Source of the DNA: Scyliorhinus canicula
Lineage: Eukaryota
Direction of reading: 5' to 3'
Assembly: GCF_902713615.1 (NCBI RefSeq)
Contig: NW_024055500.1
Span: forward strand, 62,001 to 126,000
DNA length: 64,000 nucleotides
Notes under the pieces: model-generated
What the model saw: only the letters and a program-made list of their open reading frames with translations
The model's database searches: none
What the model was told of the DNA's origin: nothing
Part shown: positions 1 to 13,210 of the stretch, one piece after another
Layout of the letters: every line of letters begins with the position of its first letter
How positions within the stretch are numbered: the first letter of the stretch is position 1
Program-made: the position numbers and the translations under genes

Positions 1-658
1 GTATCAGAGATAGCCACATCATTGTTGAAATAGAGACACATATAGGCCAGACAGAGTAAGGAGGGAAGCTTTCTTCTCCTGAAGGATGCTGGTGAACCTG
101 CTGGGCTTTGCGAACTTTCAATAGCTTCGAAAGTATTATAAATGACGCAACAATTACTGGCTGATTGATTAAGTCATTCAATTGAAAGTCTCTAAAGCTG
201 CCATAAAACCATAAGATTTGGAGCAGAACTTGGCCATTCGGCCCATATAATATGATCTACCATTCAATGAAATCGTTGCAAATCTGGTAAAATCCTCAAC
301 TCCACATTTCCACTTTATCCCCATTACCCTTGATTCCCTTACTGATTAACAATATCTGTCTCAGCCTTGAACATATTTATTGACCAGGCGAACTCTCTCC
401 GGCAAATGATTCTATAGAAGCACTACATTCTGAGAGAAGAAATTCCTCTTCATCCTCGTCTGAAATGAGTGGCACCTTACTCTGAGATTGTGCCCTTTGG
501 TCCTAGACTCTCCCAAAAGAGGGAACAATCTCCAGTTTATACACTGTCAAGCCCCCTGAGAATACTATATATCTCAGTAACTTCGCCTCTGATTCTTCTA
601 AACTCCAATTCGTGTAGGCCTAACCCACTTAAGCTCTCCCCATTTCAGTCTCTGTGGT

Positions 659-815
659 CACAGTAAGAAGTCTTACAACACCAGGTTAAACTCCCTCCTC
701 AGGTGGAAGCATTGCTCCGAGAGCTAGTGTTTGAAACAAACCTGTTGGACTTTAACCTGGTGTTGTAAGACTTCTTACTGTGCTCACCCCAGTCCAACGC
801 CAGCATCTCCACATC
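659..815. mobile_element. Short Penelope pLTR-derived insertion with internal inverted repeat
   Basis: CACAGTAAGAAGTCTTACAACACCAGGTTAAA and its reverse complement at ~751-782; absent from the duplicate at ~5430; flanked by CAGTCTC(T/C)GTG(G/C)T direct repeats. Confidence 0.8.
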
Positions 816-2469
816 ATTGCCACAGTCTCCGTGCTGCAATTGGTCAGCGTGTTTGGCTGTTTACCGCAAGGTCTGCGTTTCAAGGCCGGATTCTTCTTTA
901 TTTGCTGACAGGTAGAGTAACGATGGGCCGAGGAGACTCTTTCTGTGCTGTGAAATGCTCCCTACCTTTGAAAATAGCTCCACATTCGGGATTTACCTAA
1001 AGAACCTTCTCTGGACTGCCTCTAAAATATCAATCCTTATATAAGACCAAAACTGTTCACAACATTACAATATGCCCTGGTGGATTTGTACTCCTGTGAC
1101 TGGAGTATTAGTTCAGCCCCCCAGACTATCCGTTTGTAATAATATTGCGAGACTATCGAGAAGACTGTAATATCACCGCATCGAAAAGATGGAACAATTG
1201 AACATTAAACACTCCTGCATTGGATCACAGTCTGGGTCATGTGCTCAGGTATCTGTTGTGGGAGGTGAAAGTGATTCCACTGAGGCAATCATCATGGTTT
1301 GCATTTTGACATTCTGAAATATTGCTCAGTGAATCTAAAGTTCAAACTATGGGTCCAGTCTTACATGGGTCAATTTAATTTTCAGAGGCTGGTCTTTTAC
1401 TAGACTTGGGTCTTATTCTGACGGGATGGCAATGGTGATAGGGAATTCCACTGGCTCCATATCAGTTATTCCAAAAATAGCACACCAGTCTCCGTTTATA
1501 TTACACTGAACGATGTCCTGTTGCCTGTCTCGATATTATAAATTATATTCTATATATGCTTGTTTGTACGAGTACAATCATTGTTGATTTGGAGATTATA
1601 TTAATTCTTGTTAATACCTATAAGCAGTTCTGTGAAATGTGTATTTGCTCTGCTATCATGTGGGTAATATTGAGTTTAATATTTTACCAACATCCCAGTA
1701 ATGAACTAGGCTTGAGGGACAGGTCTACACGTGAACACCGGTGCACTGCAATTTCCAAACGTTAATGGAAATCTCTGTTTTGTTCAAAATGATGAATTTA
1801 CTCTTGTGTTACACTCTATACATTGGAAAGTTGTTTTCATGGTGAGGATTATTTTCCTGCCTCGTTTTATATTCAATGAGCATCTAATATACTGGCAGTG
1901 TTAGACAGAACAGTGCTCTCACAGAATCACCAGATTGACACTCACAGGGTAAATATCCACCCAATCATAGAACTCTCATCTGGTTAAGTAGAGCAAGTGA
2001 ATTCTCTGCAAATTGGCCGTTCGTGCATGTGTGCATATAAAATATTGTTCTTGAGTTTTGCAACTGTAATTGATCAAGACGGAATGTTATCTTCAGAATT
2101 AATTGTTTAACTTTGCGATGTCTTCATGCGTCTCAGTCCTAAGCTCTGGTATTCATTCCCTACTCCTCTTTACCTCAATTCCCTTAATAAAATCATCCCA
2201 TATAACCTGCCTCGTCGATCAAGTTTTTAATCATCTGACCTAATAAGCCTTTACACATATATTAATCCAGACCCTGCAGCAGGAATGACTGCAATAGACC
2301 CTACCTCAGTTTATAACATTCCAGACCCTGAATCAATAATCACTGCTCTCTATCCTATATAATTTAAGGGTAATCAACCCTTGTATCAGTAATTTCTGCA
2401 GTAGAACCTGTCTCGGTTTATGCTAATTGAGACCTTGCATCAGTAATCACTGCACTAGATCCAATCTCA

Positions 2470-2725
2470 GTAGCACTGTTGCCTCACAGCGCCAGAGTCC
2501 CAGTCAGTGCAGAGTCTGCACGTTCTCCCCGTGTCTGCGTGGGTTTCCATCGGGTGCTCCGGTTTCCCACCACAAGTCCCGAAAGATGTGCAGTTCTGTA
2601 ATTTGGACATTCTGGATTCTCAGTCTGTGTACCCAAATAGGCGCCGGAATGTGGCGATTGGGATCTTTTCACAGTGACTTCATTGCAGTGTTAATGTCAG
2701 CTTACTTGTGACAAAAGTATTATTC
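2470..2725 (+). mobile_element. V-SINE with alternative (non-CR1) tail
   Basis: V-core followed by GGAATGTGGCGA...CTTTTCACAGTGACTTCATTG...GTGACAA. Confidence 0.75.
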
Positions 2726-4802
2726 GATTAGTTTAGGTTAATCTCCACCCCATATGAGTGATAATCGTTTTAGACCTTGGCATGAAGTCATGGAGAGTTA
2801 GAGGTTTACAATACAGAAATATGCCGTTCACCCACCATATCTGCGATGGCAATCAGTTACCTATCTATTCTGAGATTGTCCATAGATTGTCTTCCTACCA
2901 TAAAACTATAAGACACAGGAGCAGAATTCGACGATTAGGCCAAATCGAGCATGCTCCACATTCAATCACGACTGTTATGTTTTTAAAAGCCTATCTCCTG
3001 CCTTCTCGCCATAACCCTTGATCCCCTTATTAATCAAGAAACTATCTATCTCTGTTAGCCTGGTTAGAAAGAGGGAAAGATCCTTCGGCACTGCCACATC
3101 AAATCCTGTTCAGCTCAGGTTAGACACCGGGTAAATGTTTCTCCACAGTTCTCATTAAACACTGCAAGGTAATTGAATGCTCCAACCGCATTTTAGAGTA
3201 AAACCCCCTCTATGTATTCCAATTAATTGGATTCGATCCATTTAGTTGGAAGCCAATGGGGTGAGATTGCACTGAGAGATTATATTCGGCACATGTTGGC
3301 TTCATGTTGTCGATTAAAGGCAATGACCCATCGTGGAGAGACATGAGACAGAACCAGTTAGGAAAAAGGGACATATATCAGATACAGGAGAACTGGAAAA
3401 CTCTGCGAACACATTTCGCATGTCATTATATTTCGAGATTAGAGGGACACTTTCTTAATTGTGAACATGATTATCATGATGACATTTTTCTCATATAACT
3501 GATGAAGAAACAAATGTCAAAAACAATCATTACTGGAATCCGTTGATCTATTTGCGTCTTTGCCTCTATTTCTGTGCTGTGTCGGTGGGGAAATAGTTGT
3601 TGTGCTTTTGTCAGCCCACAACCTAATCTGAGACTTCTATTTCTGTGTTTATTTACATAAACACCTCACTGGTCGCAATGAAATGTTCATGCTAGCAAAA
3701 CGAGATAAACATAGTCATTTATTGATTAGGTTCAACTCAAAATAGCGGTTAATTTTAAGAATATTGACAGTTGGTTGAAACGTATAGAAACATCCATTAG
3801 AACAGATGTTACTTAATTGAAATAAAAAATACATTTAAATTAAGTATTAATTCTGGAAGTTCTGATGCCTCAATTAATAAATCATCTTTAACCAGGCTGT
3901 TATTCCACTGAATATTAATTTAATTGAAACATTAACCGATTTGAAGGAGATAAATTAAAACATCCGGCAGAAGAGTGACCCATAGTCACGTTAATCTCAG
4001 ATCTTTCAACATATTACAACCTGCATTTTAAAATGTAAACATTTGGAAAGAGCTTGTTTTTGTAAAACGCTCTACCCGACCTCAGGCCATTCCAACGCCC
4101 TTAAAACTCACTGATGTATTTTTACTGAATTTAGTTACTGCTCTAATGTTGGAAACAGAGCAGAGAATTTGTGCACAGCAAGCTCCCACAAACTGAGATG
4201 TGATAAGTGACCAGCTAATCTGTGATTTATGTTCAGGAACGGACATTGGTCGAGGATACTGGGAAAAGCAGATCGACTCTTTATCATTATGTCATTGAGG
4301 TAATCCACCTGAAATGTGAATCTGTTCCTCTCTCTGCTGATGCTCACTGACCTGCTGAGCAGCCTTTTTTTGTTTTTGTTTTAGATTTCCGGAATCTGCA
4401 GCATTTTGCACAGATTTTAACATTTATTCTCGGAATATGACCCTCACTGGCAAAGTCAGCATTAACTGTCCATCCTGAGAATCCGGATGTGAACCACCAT
4501 TTAGATAAGGTGCACTTCGGACAGTTGAATTTACATCTGACTTTCTGTGGCAGCAGACCTTGAACTGATTGGCTTGCTCGGCAATATCAGAGATAATTAA
4601 GCATCAACCACATCACTGCTGAACTAGTCACATAGAGGAAAGATAGGGTAAGGAGGGAAGAGTTCTTCTCCTGAAGGACATTGGTGAACCTGCTGGGCTT
4701 TGGGAAATTTTAAGAGCTTCATGAGTATTATGAATGACGCGACAATTTTCTTTCTGATTTATTAATTCATTCAATTGAAAGTACCCCAGCTGTCAAAAAA
4801 AC

Positions 4803-4981
4803 AGGGGCAGGTTTAGCTCACTGGGCTAAATGGCTGGCTTTTAGAGCAGAGCAAGCAGGCCAGCAGCACAGTTCGATTCCCGTATGAGCCTCCCCGGACA
4901 GGTGCCGGAATGTGGCGACTCGGGGCTTTTCACAGTAACTTCATTGAAGCCTATTCATGACAATAAGCGATTTTCATTTTC
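4803..4981 (+). mobile_element. Short tRNA-derived SINE; copies at ~54281-54455 (-) and ~22580-22682 (-)
   Basis: GGGGCAGGTTTAGCTCACTGGGCTAAA...GTTCGATTCCCG head, tail ending GACAATAAGCGATTTTCATTTT. Confidence 0.8.
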
Positions 4982-6054
4982 AAACCATAAGATGTAGGAG
5001 CAGAAGGTGGCCATTCGGCCCATGGAATATGATCTGCCATTGAATGAGATCGTGCCTGATCTGATAAAATCCTCAACTCCACTTTTCCGCCTTATCCCCA
5101 TAACCCTTGATTCCCTTACTGATGAAAAGTCTGTCTGTCTCAGTCTTGGACATATTTATTGACCCGGCCTCTCCAATTCTCTGCACCATAGAAACACTCA
5201 CCTCTCAGAGAAGAAATTCCGCTTCATCCTCGTCTGAAATGAGCGACACCTTACTCTGAGATGGTGCCCTACGGTCCCAGACTCTCCCACAAGCAGAAAC
5301 AACCTCGAGCATCCACACTATCAAGCTCCTTGAAAATATTACATATCTCAGTACGTTCGCCTCTCATTCTTCAAAACCCCAATGCGTGTAGGTCTTCCCT
5401 ACTTAAACTCTGCTCATGTCAGTCTCTGTGGTGCAGTTGGTCAACGCTTTACGCTGTAAACTGAAAGGTCTGTGCTTCAAGACTATCCAGGGCCGGGTTC
5501 TTCTCTATTTGATGATAGGGACAGTAACGATGGGCCGAAGAACCTCTTAATCCCAGCTACCTATGAAAATCCATCCATACCCGAGATTAACCTAATGATC
5601 CTTCTCTACACTGCCTCCAAAATATCTACCCTTTGGTAAGGAGTCCCAAGCTGATCACATCATTGCAATATGCCCTGGTGGAATTTGTACTCGAGTCTCT
5701 GAAGTAATAGTTCAGGCCTCCAGATTACCAGTCCAGTAATAATATTTCGAAGCAGCCCAAAGACTGTATCTCTGTAGTACTGTATTTCAAGTATCATCAC
5801 ATCTAAAAGATGGAGAAATTGAAACATAAAATACCCCTGCATTGGATCACATCTGGATCATGGGCTGAGGTATCTGTTGTGAGAACTGATATTGATTCCA
5901 CTGAGACAAGACTGTTAACCTATCATGGCTTCATGTCGACATTACATTCTGAAATGTTGCTCCGTGTATCTAAAGTTCTAATTCTGGGTCCAGCCTTACA
6001 TTGGTCAATTTAATTTTCAGAGGGTAATCTTTTCTTAGACTTGTGTCTTATTAT

Positions 6055-6272
6055 AAATTTCAAGTACCCAATTAATTTTTTCCAAATCACGGGGCAATTT
6101 AGCGCAGCCTATCCACCTACGCTGCACATATTTGGGTTTTGGGGGTGAAACCCACGCAGAGACAGGAGAATGTGCAAACTCCACGCGGAGAGGGACTGAG
6201 AGCCGGGATCGAACCTGGTACCTCGGCCTCGTGAGACAGCAGTGCTAACCACTGCACCATCGTGCTGCCCCC
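6055..6272 (-). mobile_element. Short-tailed V-SINE; similar copies at ~24750-24980 (+) and ~63553-63780 (-)
   Basis: tRNA head plus V-core ending GGGTACTTGAAATTT; absent from the duplicate near 1410. Confidence 0.85.
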
Positions 6273-6415
6273 GTCTTCTGTCGAATTCGAACACGATGGT
6301 ATTGGTGAATGGGAATTCCTCTGGCTCCATATAAAATGTCAGTAATTCAGTAATTTCAACAAAGCCAACCTCAAGAGTGTACTGCCAAAATTCCACCAGC
6401 ACATCTCCTTAAAGA

Positions 6416-9400
6416 TGTTGTTATCTCTGGGTTGTTACCCGTACCACGTGCTAGCGAAGTGAGAAATAAGGAGAGAGAGGAGTTGAACACGTGGCTACAG
6501 GGATGGTGCAGGGGGGAGCGTTTTGGTTTCCTGGATAATTGGGGCTCATTCTGGGGTAGGTGGGACCTCTACAAACAGGATGGTCTTCACCTGAACCAGA
6601 GGGGTACCAATATCCTGGGGGGGGCGGGGGGGGGGGGGGGAGATTTGCTAGTGCTCTTCGGGGGGGGGGGGTTTAAACTAATTCAGCAGGGGGATGGGAA
6701 CCTAAATTGTAGCCCCAGTGTACAGGATGTTGAGAGTAGTGAGGTCAGGGATAGGGTTAAAAGTTCGAAAGAGGGCACCGGCAAGCAGGACTCTGGTTTG
6801 AGGTGTGTCTACTTCAACGCCAGGAGCATCCGGAATAAGGTGGGTGAGCTTGCAGCATGGGTTGGTACCTGGGATCTCGATGTTGTGGCGATTTCGGAGA
6901 CATGGGTAAAGCAGGGACAGGAATGGTTGTTGCAGGTTCCAGGATTTAGATGTTTCTGTAAGAACAGAGAAGATGGTAAAAGAGGGGGGGGGGGGGTGTG
7001 GCATTGTTAATCAAGGAAAGTATTACGGCGGTAGAAAGGATGCTTGAGGACTCGTCTACTGAGGCAGTATGGGCCGAGGTTAGGAACAGTAGAGGAGAGG
7101 TCACCCTGTTGGGAGTTGTCTATAGACCTCCGAATAGTTCCAGAGATGTAGAGGAAAGGATTGCAAAGATGATTCTTGACAGGAGCGAGAGTAACAGGGT
7201 AGTTGTTATGGGGGACTTTAACTTTCCAAATATTGACTAGAAATACTATAGTTCGAGTACTATAGATGGGTCAGTTTTTGTGCAGTGTGTGCAGGAGGGT
7301 TTTCTGACACAGTATGTAGGCAGGCCAACAAGGGGCGAGGCCACATTGGATTTGGTACTGGGTAATGAACCCGGCCAGGTGTTAGATTTAGATGTAGGTG
7401 AGCACTTTGGTGATAGTGATCACAACTCGGTTATGTTTACTTTAGCAATGGGCAGGGATAGGTATATACCGCAAGGCAAGAATTATAGCTGGGGGAAAGG
7501 CAATTATGATGCTATTCGGCAAGATTTAGGATGTATAGGATGGGGAAGGAAACTGCAGGGGATGGGTACAATCGAAATGTGGAGCTTTTTCAAGGAACAG
7601 CTACTGCGTGTCCTTGATGAGTATGTACCTGTCAGGCAGGGAGGAAGTTGTCGAGCAAGGGAACCGTGGTTTACTAAGGAAGTTGAAGCACTTGTCAAGA
7701 GGAAGAAGAAGGCTTATGTTAGGATGAGACATGAAGGCTCAGTTAGGGCACTTGAGAGTTACAAGTTAGCCAGGAAGGACCTAATGGGAGAGTTAAGAAG
7801 AGCGAGGAGAGGACACGAAAAGTCGTTGGTGGATAGGATCAAGGAAAACCCTAAGGCTTTCTATAGGTATATCAGGAACAAAAGAATGACGAGAGTAAGA
7901 TTAGGGCCAATCAAGGATAGTAGTGGAAAGTTGTGTGTGAAATCAGAGGAGATAGGGAAAGCATTAAATGGATATTTTTCGTCAGTGTTTACACTGGAGA
8001 AAGAAAATGTTGTCGAGGAGAACACTCTGGTTCAGTCGACCAGGCTATATGGAATTGAGGTTCAAAAGGAGGAGGTGTTAGCAATTTTAGAAAATGTCAA
8101 AATAGATAAGTCCCTGGGCCAGATGGGATTTATCCTAGGATTCTCTGGGAAGCCAGGGGGGAGATTGCAGAGCCTTTGTCCTTGATCTTTATGTCGTCTT
8201 TGTCGACAGGAATAGTGCCGGAGGACTGGAGGATAGCAAATGTTGTCCCCTTGTTCAAGAAGGGGAGTAGAGACAACCCTGGTAATTATAGACCTGTGAG
8301 CCTTACTTCGGTTGTGGGTAAAATGTTGGAAAAGGTTATAAGAGATAGGGTTTATAATCATCTTGAAAAGAACAAGCTGATTAGCGATACTCAACACGGT
8401 TTTGTGAAGGGTAGGTCATGCCTCACAAACCTTATTGAGTTTTTTGAGAAGGTGACCATACAGGTGGATCAGGGTAACGCTGTTGATGTGGTGTATATGG
8501 ATTTCAGTAAGGCGTTTGATAAGGTTCCCCACGGTACGCTATTGCAGAAAATAAGGAAGTATGGAATTGAAGATGATTTAGCGGTTTGGATCAGTAATTG
8601 GCTAGCTGAAAGAAGACAGAGGGTGGTGGTTGATGGCAAATGTTCATCCTGGAGTTCAGTTACTAGTGGTGTACCGCAAGGATCTGTTTTGGGGCCACTG
8701 CTGTTTGTCATTTTTATAAATGACCTGGAAGAGGGTGTAGAAGGATGGGTTAGTAAATTTGCAGATGACACGAAGGTCGGTGGAGTTGTGGATAGTGCTG
8801 AAGGATGTTATAGGATACAGAGGGACATAGATAAGCTGCAGAGCTGGGCTGAGAGGTGGCAGATGGAGTTTAATGCGGAAAAGTGTGAGGTGGTTCACTT
8901 TGGAAGGAGTAACAGGAATGCAGAGTACTGGGCTAATGGCAAGATTCTTGGTAGTGTAGATGAACAGAGAGATTTCGGCATCCAGGTACATAAATCCCTG
9001 AAATTTGCCACCCAGGTTAATAGGGCTGTTAAGAAGGCATATGGTGTGCTAGCCTTTATAAGCAAGGGGATTGAGTTTCGGAACCACAAGGTAATGCTGC
9101 AGCTGTACATAACTCTGGTGCGGCCGCACCTGGAGTACTGCGTGCAGTTCTGGTCACCACATTATAGGAAGGATGTGGAAGCTTTGGAAAGGGTTCAGAG
9201 GAGATTTACTAGGATGTTGCCTGATATGGAGGGAAGGTCTTACGAGGAAAGGCTCAGGGACTTGAGGTTGTTTTCGTTAGAGAGGAGAAGGCTGAGAGGT
9301 GACTTAATAGAGACATATAAGATAGTCAGAGGGTTAGATAGGGTGGACAGTGAGAGTCTTTTTCCTCGGATGGTGATGACCAACACGAGGGGACATAGCT

Positions 9401-9686
9401 TTAAATTGAGGGGTGATAGATATAGGACAGATATCAGAGGCAGTTTCTTTATTCAGAGAGTAGTAGGGGTGTGGAACGCCCTGCCTGCAACAGTAGTAGA
9501 CTCGCCAACTTTAAGGGCAATTAAGTGGTCACTGGATAGACATATGGATGACAATGGAATAGTGTAGGTCAGATAGGCTTCAGATGGTTTCACAGGTCGG
9601 CGCAACATCGAGGGCCGAAGGGCCCGGACTGCACTGTAGTGTTCTATGTTCTATGTTCTATGTTCTATGTTCTATGTTCTATGTTC
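6416..9686 (+). mobile_element. CR1-clade LINE (HER1-like), 5'-truncated, disrupted ORF2
   Basis: ORF1 esterase-like end (DGLHLNQRG), endonuclease (YFNARSIRNK, VMGDFNFP, SDHN), RT (NYRPVSLTS, PQGSVLGP, FADD, 8176-9567), frameshifts/stop near 6990, 7240 and 8110-8176, (TTCTATG)n tail. Confidence 0.95.
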
Positions 9687-11419
9687 CTGTCCCACCAGGG
9701 GCGACAACACTCTTGACCACTGCTACTCAAAAATCAAGGGCGCCTACCGTTCCATCCCCCGACCGCACTTTGGGAAATCAGACCATAAGACTGTGCTCCT
9801 TCTCCCGGCTTACAAGCAGAAACTCAAGCGGGAGAATCCAACTAAGAAGATTGTGCAGTGCTGGTCCGAGGAGACAGAAGAGTTCTTATGTGACTGCTTA
9901 TTGACAGTGGACTGGTCCATATTTAAGAACTCAGCGACTAACTTAAATGAGTATGTCACCACCGTCACAGACTTCATCAGCAAATGTGTGGACGACTGCG
10001 TGCCAAAGAATACAATACGTATGTTCCCCAACCGGAAACCATGGCTCAACTGCGAGATTGACTCCCTACTGAAGGACAGATCTGAGGCATTCAAGGCAGA
10101 CGACACTGTCCTATACAAGAAATCCAGTTACGACCTCCGCAAAGCCATCCGAGATGCCAAGAGAGAATATCAAACTAAGCTAGAGTCACAGACAGAATAT
10201 CGGCGGTTGTGGCAAGGACTAAACAACATAACGGGCTACAAAGCGAAGCCGAGCAGTATCTCTGGCAGCAGCGCACCCCTCCCCGATGAACTTAATGCAT
10301 TCTATGCTCGGTTTCAGCAGGTAACCAACAACCCGCTATCGAGTGCCCCAGCAACCCATAATTCACCCATACCCACCATCACAGTTTGCGAAGTCAGTTC
10401 GACCTTCCTGAAAGTGAACCCACGGAAGGCGACGGGCCCGGACGGGCTCCCTGGTCGGGCACTCAGAGCCTGCGCATACCAGCTGGCAGAGGTATTCACA
10501 GACATCTGTAACCTATCCCTACTCCACTCTGAGGTCCCCACCTGCTTCTGGAAGACCACCATCATACCGGTACCAAAGAAGAACCAGGCAACATGCCTCA
10601 ATGACTACCGCCCGGTGGCCCTGACGTCAGTTGTAATGAAGTGCTTTGAGAGGCTGATCATGAAACGCATCACCTCCATACACCCGGAACGCCTTGACCC
10701 ACTTCAATTCACATACCGTCGTAACTGGTCCACATCAGACGGAATTTCCCAGGCCCTACACTCATCCCTAGAGCATCACGAAAACAAGGACTCTGACATC
10801 AGATTCCTATTTATTCACTACATCTCCGCCTTCAACACCATAATCCCAGCCAAGCTCATATCAAAGCTCCAAAACCTAGGACTTGGCTCTCCACTCTGAA
10901 ACTGGAACCTTGACCTTCTGACCAACAGACCACAATCAGTAAGAATGAACACCAACTGCTCCTCCACAATAGTCCTCAATACCAGTGCCCCGCAAGGCTG
11001 CATACTTAGCCCCCTACTCTACTCCCTGTACACACACGACTGCGTGGCAAATCTTGGTTCCAACTCCATCTGCAAGTTTGCTGACGAGACGACCATAGTG
11101 GGCCGGATCTCGATTAACGACGAGTCCGAATACAGGAGGGAGATAGAGAACCTAGTGGAGTGGCGTAACGACAACAATCTCTCCCTCAATGCCAGCAAAA
11201 CTAAAGAGCTGGTCATCGACTTCAGGAAGCAAAGTACTGTACACACCCCTGTCAGCATCAACGGGGCCGAGGTGGAGATGGTTAGCAGTTTCAAATTCCT
11301 AGGGGCGCACATCACCAAAAATCTGTCCTGTTCCACTCATGTCGACGCTATCACCAAGAAAGCACAACAGCGCCTATACTTCCTCAGGAAACTAAGGAAA
11401 TTCGGCATGTCCACATTAA

Positions 11420-11782
11420 ACATAGAACATAGAACAGTACAGCACAGAACAGGCCCTTCGGCCCTCAATGTTGTGCCGAGCCATGATCACCCTACTCAAA
11501 CCCACGTATCTACCCTATACCATTAACCCAACAACCCCCCCCCCCCCCCCCCCCCCCCCTAACCTTACTTTTATTAGGACACTACGGGCAATTTAGCATG
11601 GCCAATCCACCTAACCCGCACATCTTTGGACTGTGGGAGGAAACCGGAGCACCCGGAGGAAACCCACGCACACAGGGGGAGGACGTGCAGACTCCACACA
11701 GACAGTGACCCAGCCGGGAATCGAACCTGGGACCCTGGAGCTGTGAAGCATTTATGCTAACCACCATGCTACCCTGCTGCCC
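11420..11782 (-). mobile_element. HE1/V-SINE inserted in the Rex1/Babar element
   Basis: Head, V-core and tail on the minus strand. Confidence 0.9.
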
Positions 11783-11794
11783 TTTTTTTTTTTT

Positions 11795-11985
11795 CTCCAG
11801 CCCCTACACCCCTCCCTATCCCTGTAACTTCCTCCAGCCCTCAAGTCCCTCCATATCTCTGTAACCTCCTGGAGCCCCTACACCCCTCCCTATCTCTGTA
11901 ACCTCCTAAAGCCCCTAAATCCCTCCCTATTTCTGTAACCTCCTGCAGCCCCTACACCCCTCCCTATCTCTGTAACCTCCTCCAC
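11795..11985. repeat. ~37-nt C-rich minisatellite, about 5 copies
   Basis: CTGTAACCTCCTCCAGCCCCTACACCCCTCCCTATCT. Confidence 0.85.
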
Positions 11986-12849
11986 CTTACCTTACAGCTG
12001 CTTAACCTTACAGGCTTAAACCTTACCAACCTTTACAGATGCACTATAGAAAGCATCCTATCGGGCTGCATCACAGCCTGGTATGGCAACTGCTCGGCCC
12101 AGGACCGCAAGGAACTTCAGAGAGTCGTGAATACCGCCCAGTCCATCACACGAACCTGCCTCCTATCCATGGACTCCATCTACACCTCCCGCTGCCGGGG
12201 GAAAGCGGGCAGCATAATCAAGGATCCCTCCCACCCGGCTTACTCACTTTTACAACTTCTTCCATCGGGCAGGTGATACAGAAGTCTGAGAACACGCACG
12301 AACAGACTCAAAAACAGCTTCTTCCCCACTGTCACCAGACTCCTAAATGACCCTCTTATTGACTGACCTCATTAACACTACACCCTGTATGCTTCATCCG
12401 ATGCCAATGCTTATGTAATTACATTGTATACCTTGTGTTGCCCTATTATGTATTCTCATGTATTTTCTTGTATTTTGTTTAATTCCCTTTTCTTCCATGT
12501 ACTGAATGATCTGTTAAGCTGCTTGGAGAAAAATACTTTTCACTGTACCTCGGTACACGTGACAATAAACAAATTCAAATCCAAATCCAAATAGCATCTG
12601 AACACAAGCAAGACAGAAAAATATTTATAACTGGGCCTTCCCACTGCATTAGCTGCACGGTCAGAGCGGTTGGAAGCTGGGATTGTTTTCCTTATACCGA
12701 GCAGTTTCTGGGAGGCGTGTAAAAATGGTCACAATTATGAAGGGTTTTGTTTGATTAATTAGGAAGAAACTTGATTCACTGGCAGGAGAGTCAGAAATCA
12801 GCAGACACGAATTCATGAAATATGAAATCCCCCCTCTGATTATAAACCT

Positions 12850-13210
12850 ATCAAATTGTAACAGGACTAGACAGGGCAGACGCAGAAAGGATGGTCCCGA
12901 TGGTGGGGGAAGCTAGAATCAGGGCTCACTGCCTAAGGATACGGGGTAAAATATTTAGGACTGAGATGAGGGGCAATATCTTCACCCTGGGAGTCGAGAG
13001 CCTGTGGAATTCTCTACCACAGAACGAAGTTAAGTCGAAAGTATTGTATGTTTTGAAGAAGGAGTTAGATATAGCTCTTGGGGATCAAAGTTCTGAAGGG
13101 ACCAAATGATATGGATGAAAGTGGTAACAGGTTACTGAGGTGCCAAGATCAGAATGAACAGTGGAGCAGGCTCGAAGGGCAGAATGATTACTCCTGCTCT
13201 ATTTTCTATG
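12850..13210 (+). mobile_element. Old CR1 3' fragment
   Basis: RT C-terminal-like peptide (HCLRIRG...FRTEMRGNIFT...LWNSLP) and GGCTCGAAGGGC tail. Confidence 0.75.

Larger units (their letters stand above)
9687..12593 (+). mobile_element. Rex1/Babar-type LINE, 5'-truncated, interrupted by a SINE and a minisatellite
   Basis: SDHKTVLLLP, CLNDYRPVALTSVVMKCFERL, LDPLQF, APQGCILSPLLYSLYTHDC, KFADET, AQQRLYFLRKL; 3' end GTGACAATAAACAAATTCAAATCC. Confidence 0.9.

Noticed and set aside
3304-3498. ORF with a faint GIY-YIG-like segment (KTLRTHFACH)
   Set aside because: Too weak, with no other Penelope hallmarks adjacent.
6617-6672. Long G runs (also C runs at ~11535, 14607, 19551) as G-quadruplex elements
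   Set aside because: They are homopolymer expansions inside repeats and may partly be sequencing artefacts.
9646-10899. 417-aa ORF suggesting a CR1-Rex fusion protein
   Set aside because: The start lies in the CR1 (TTCTATG)n tail and merely runs in frame into a truncated, mutated Rex1/Babar ORF.
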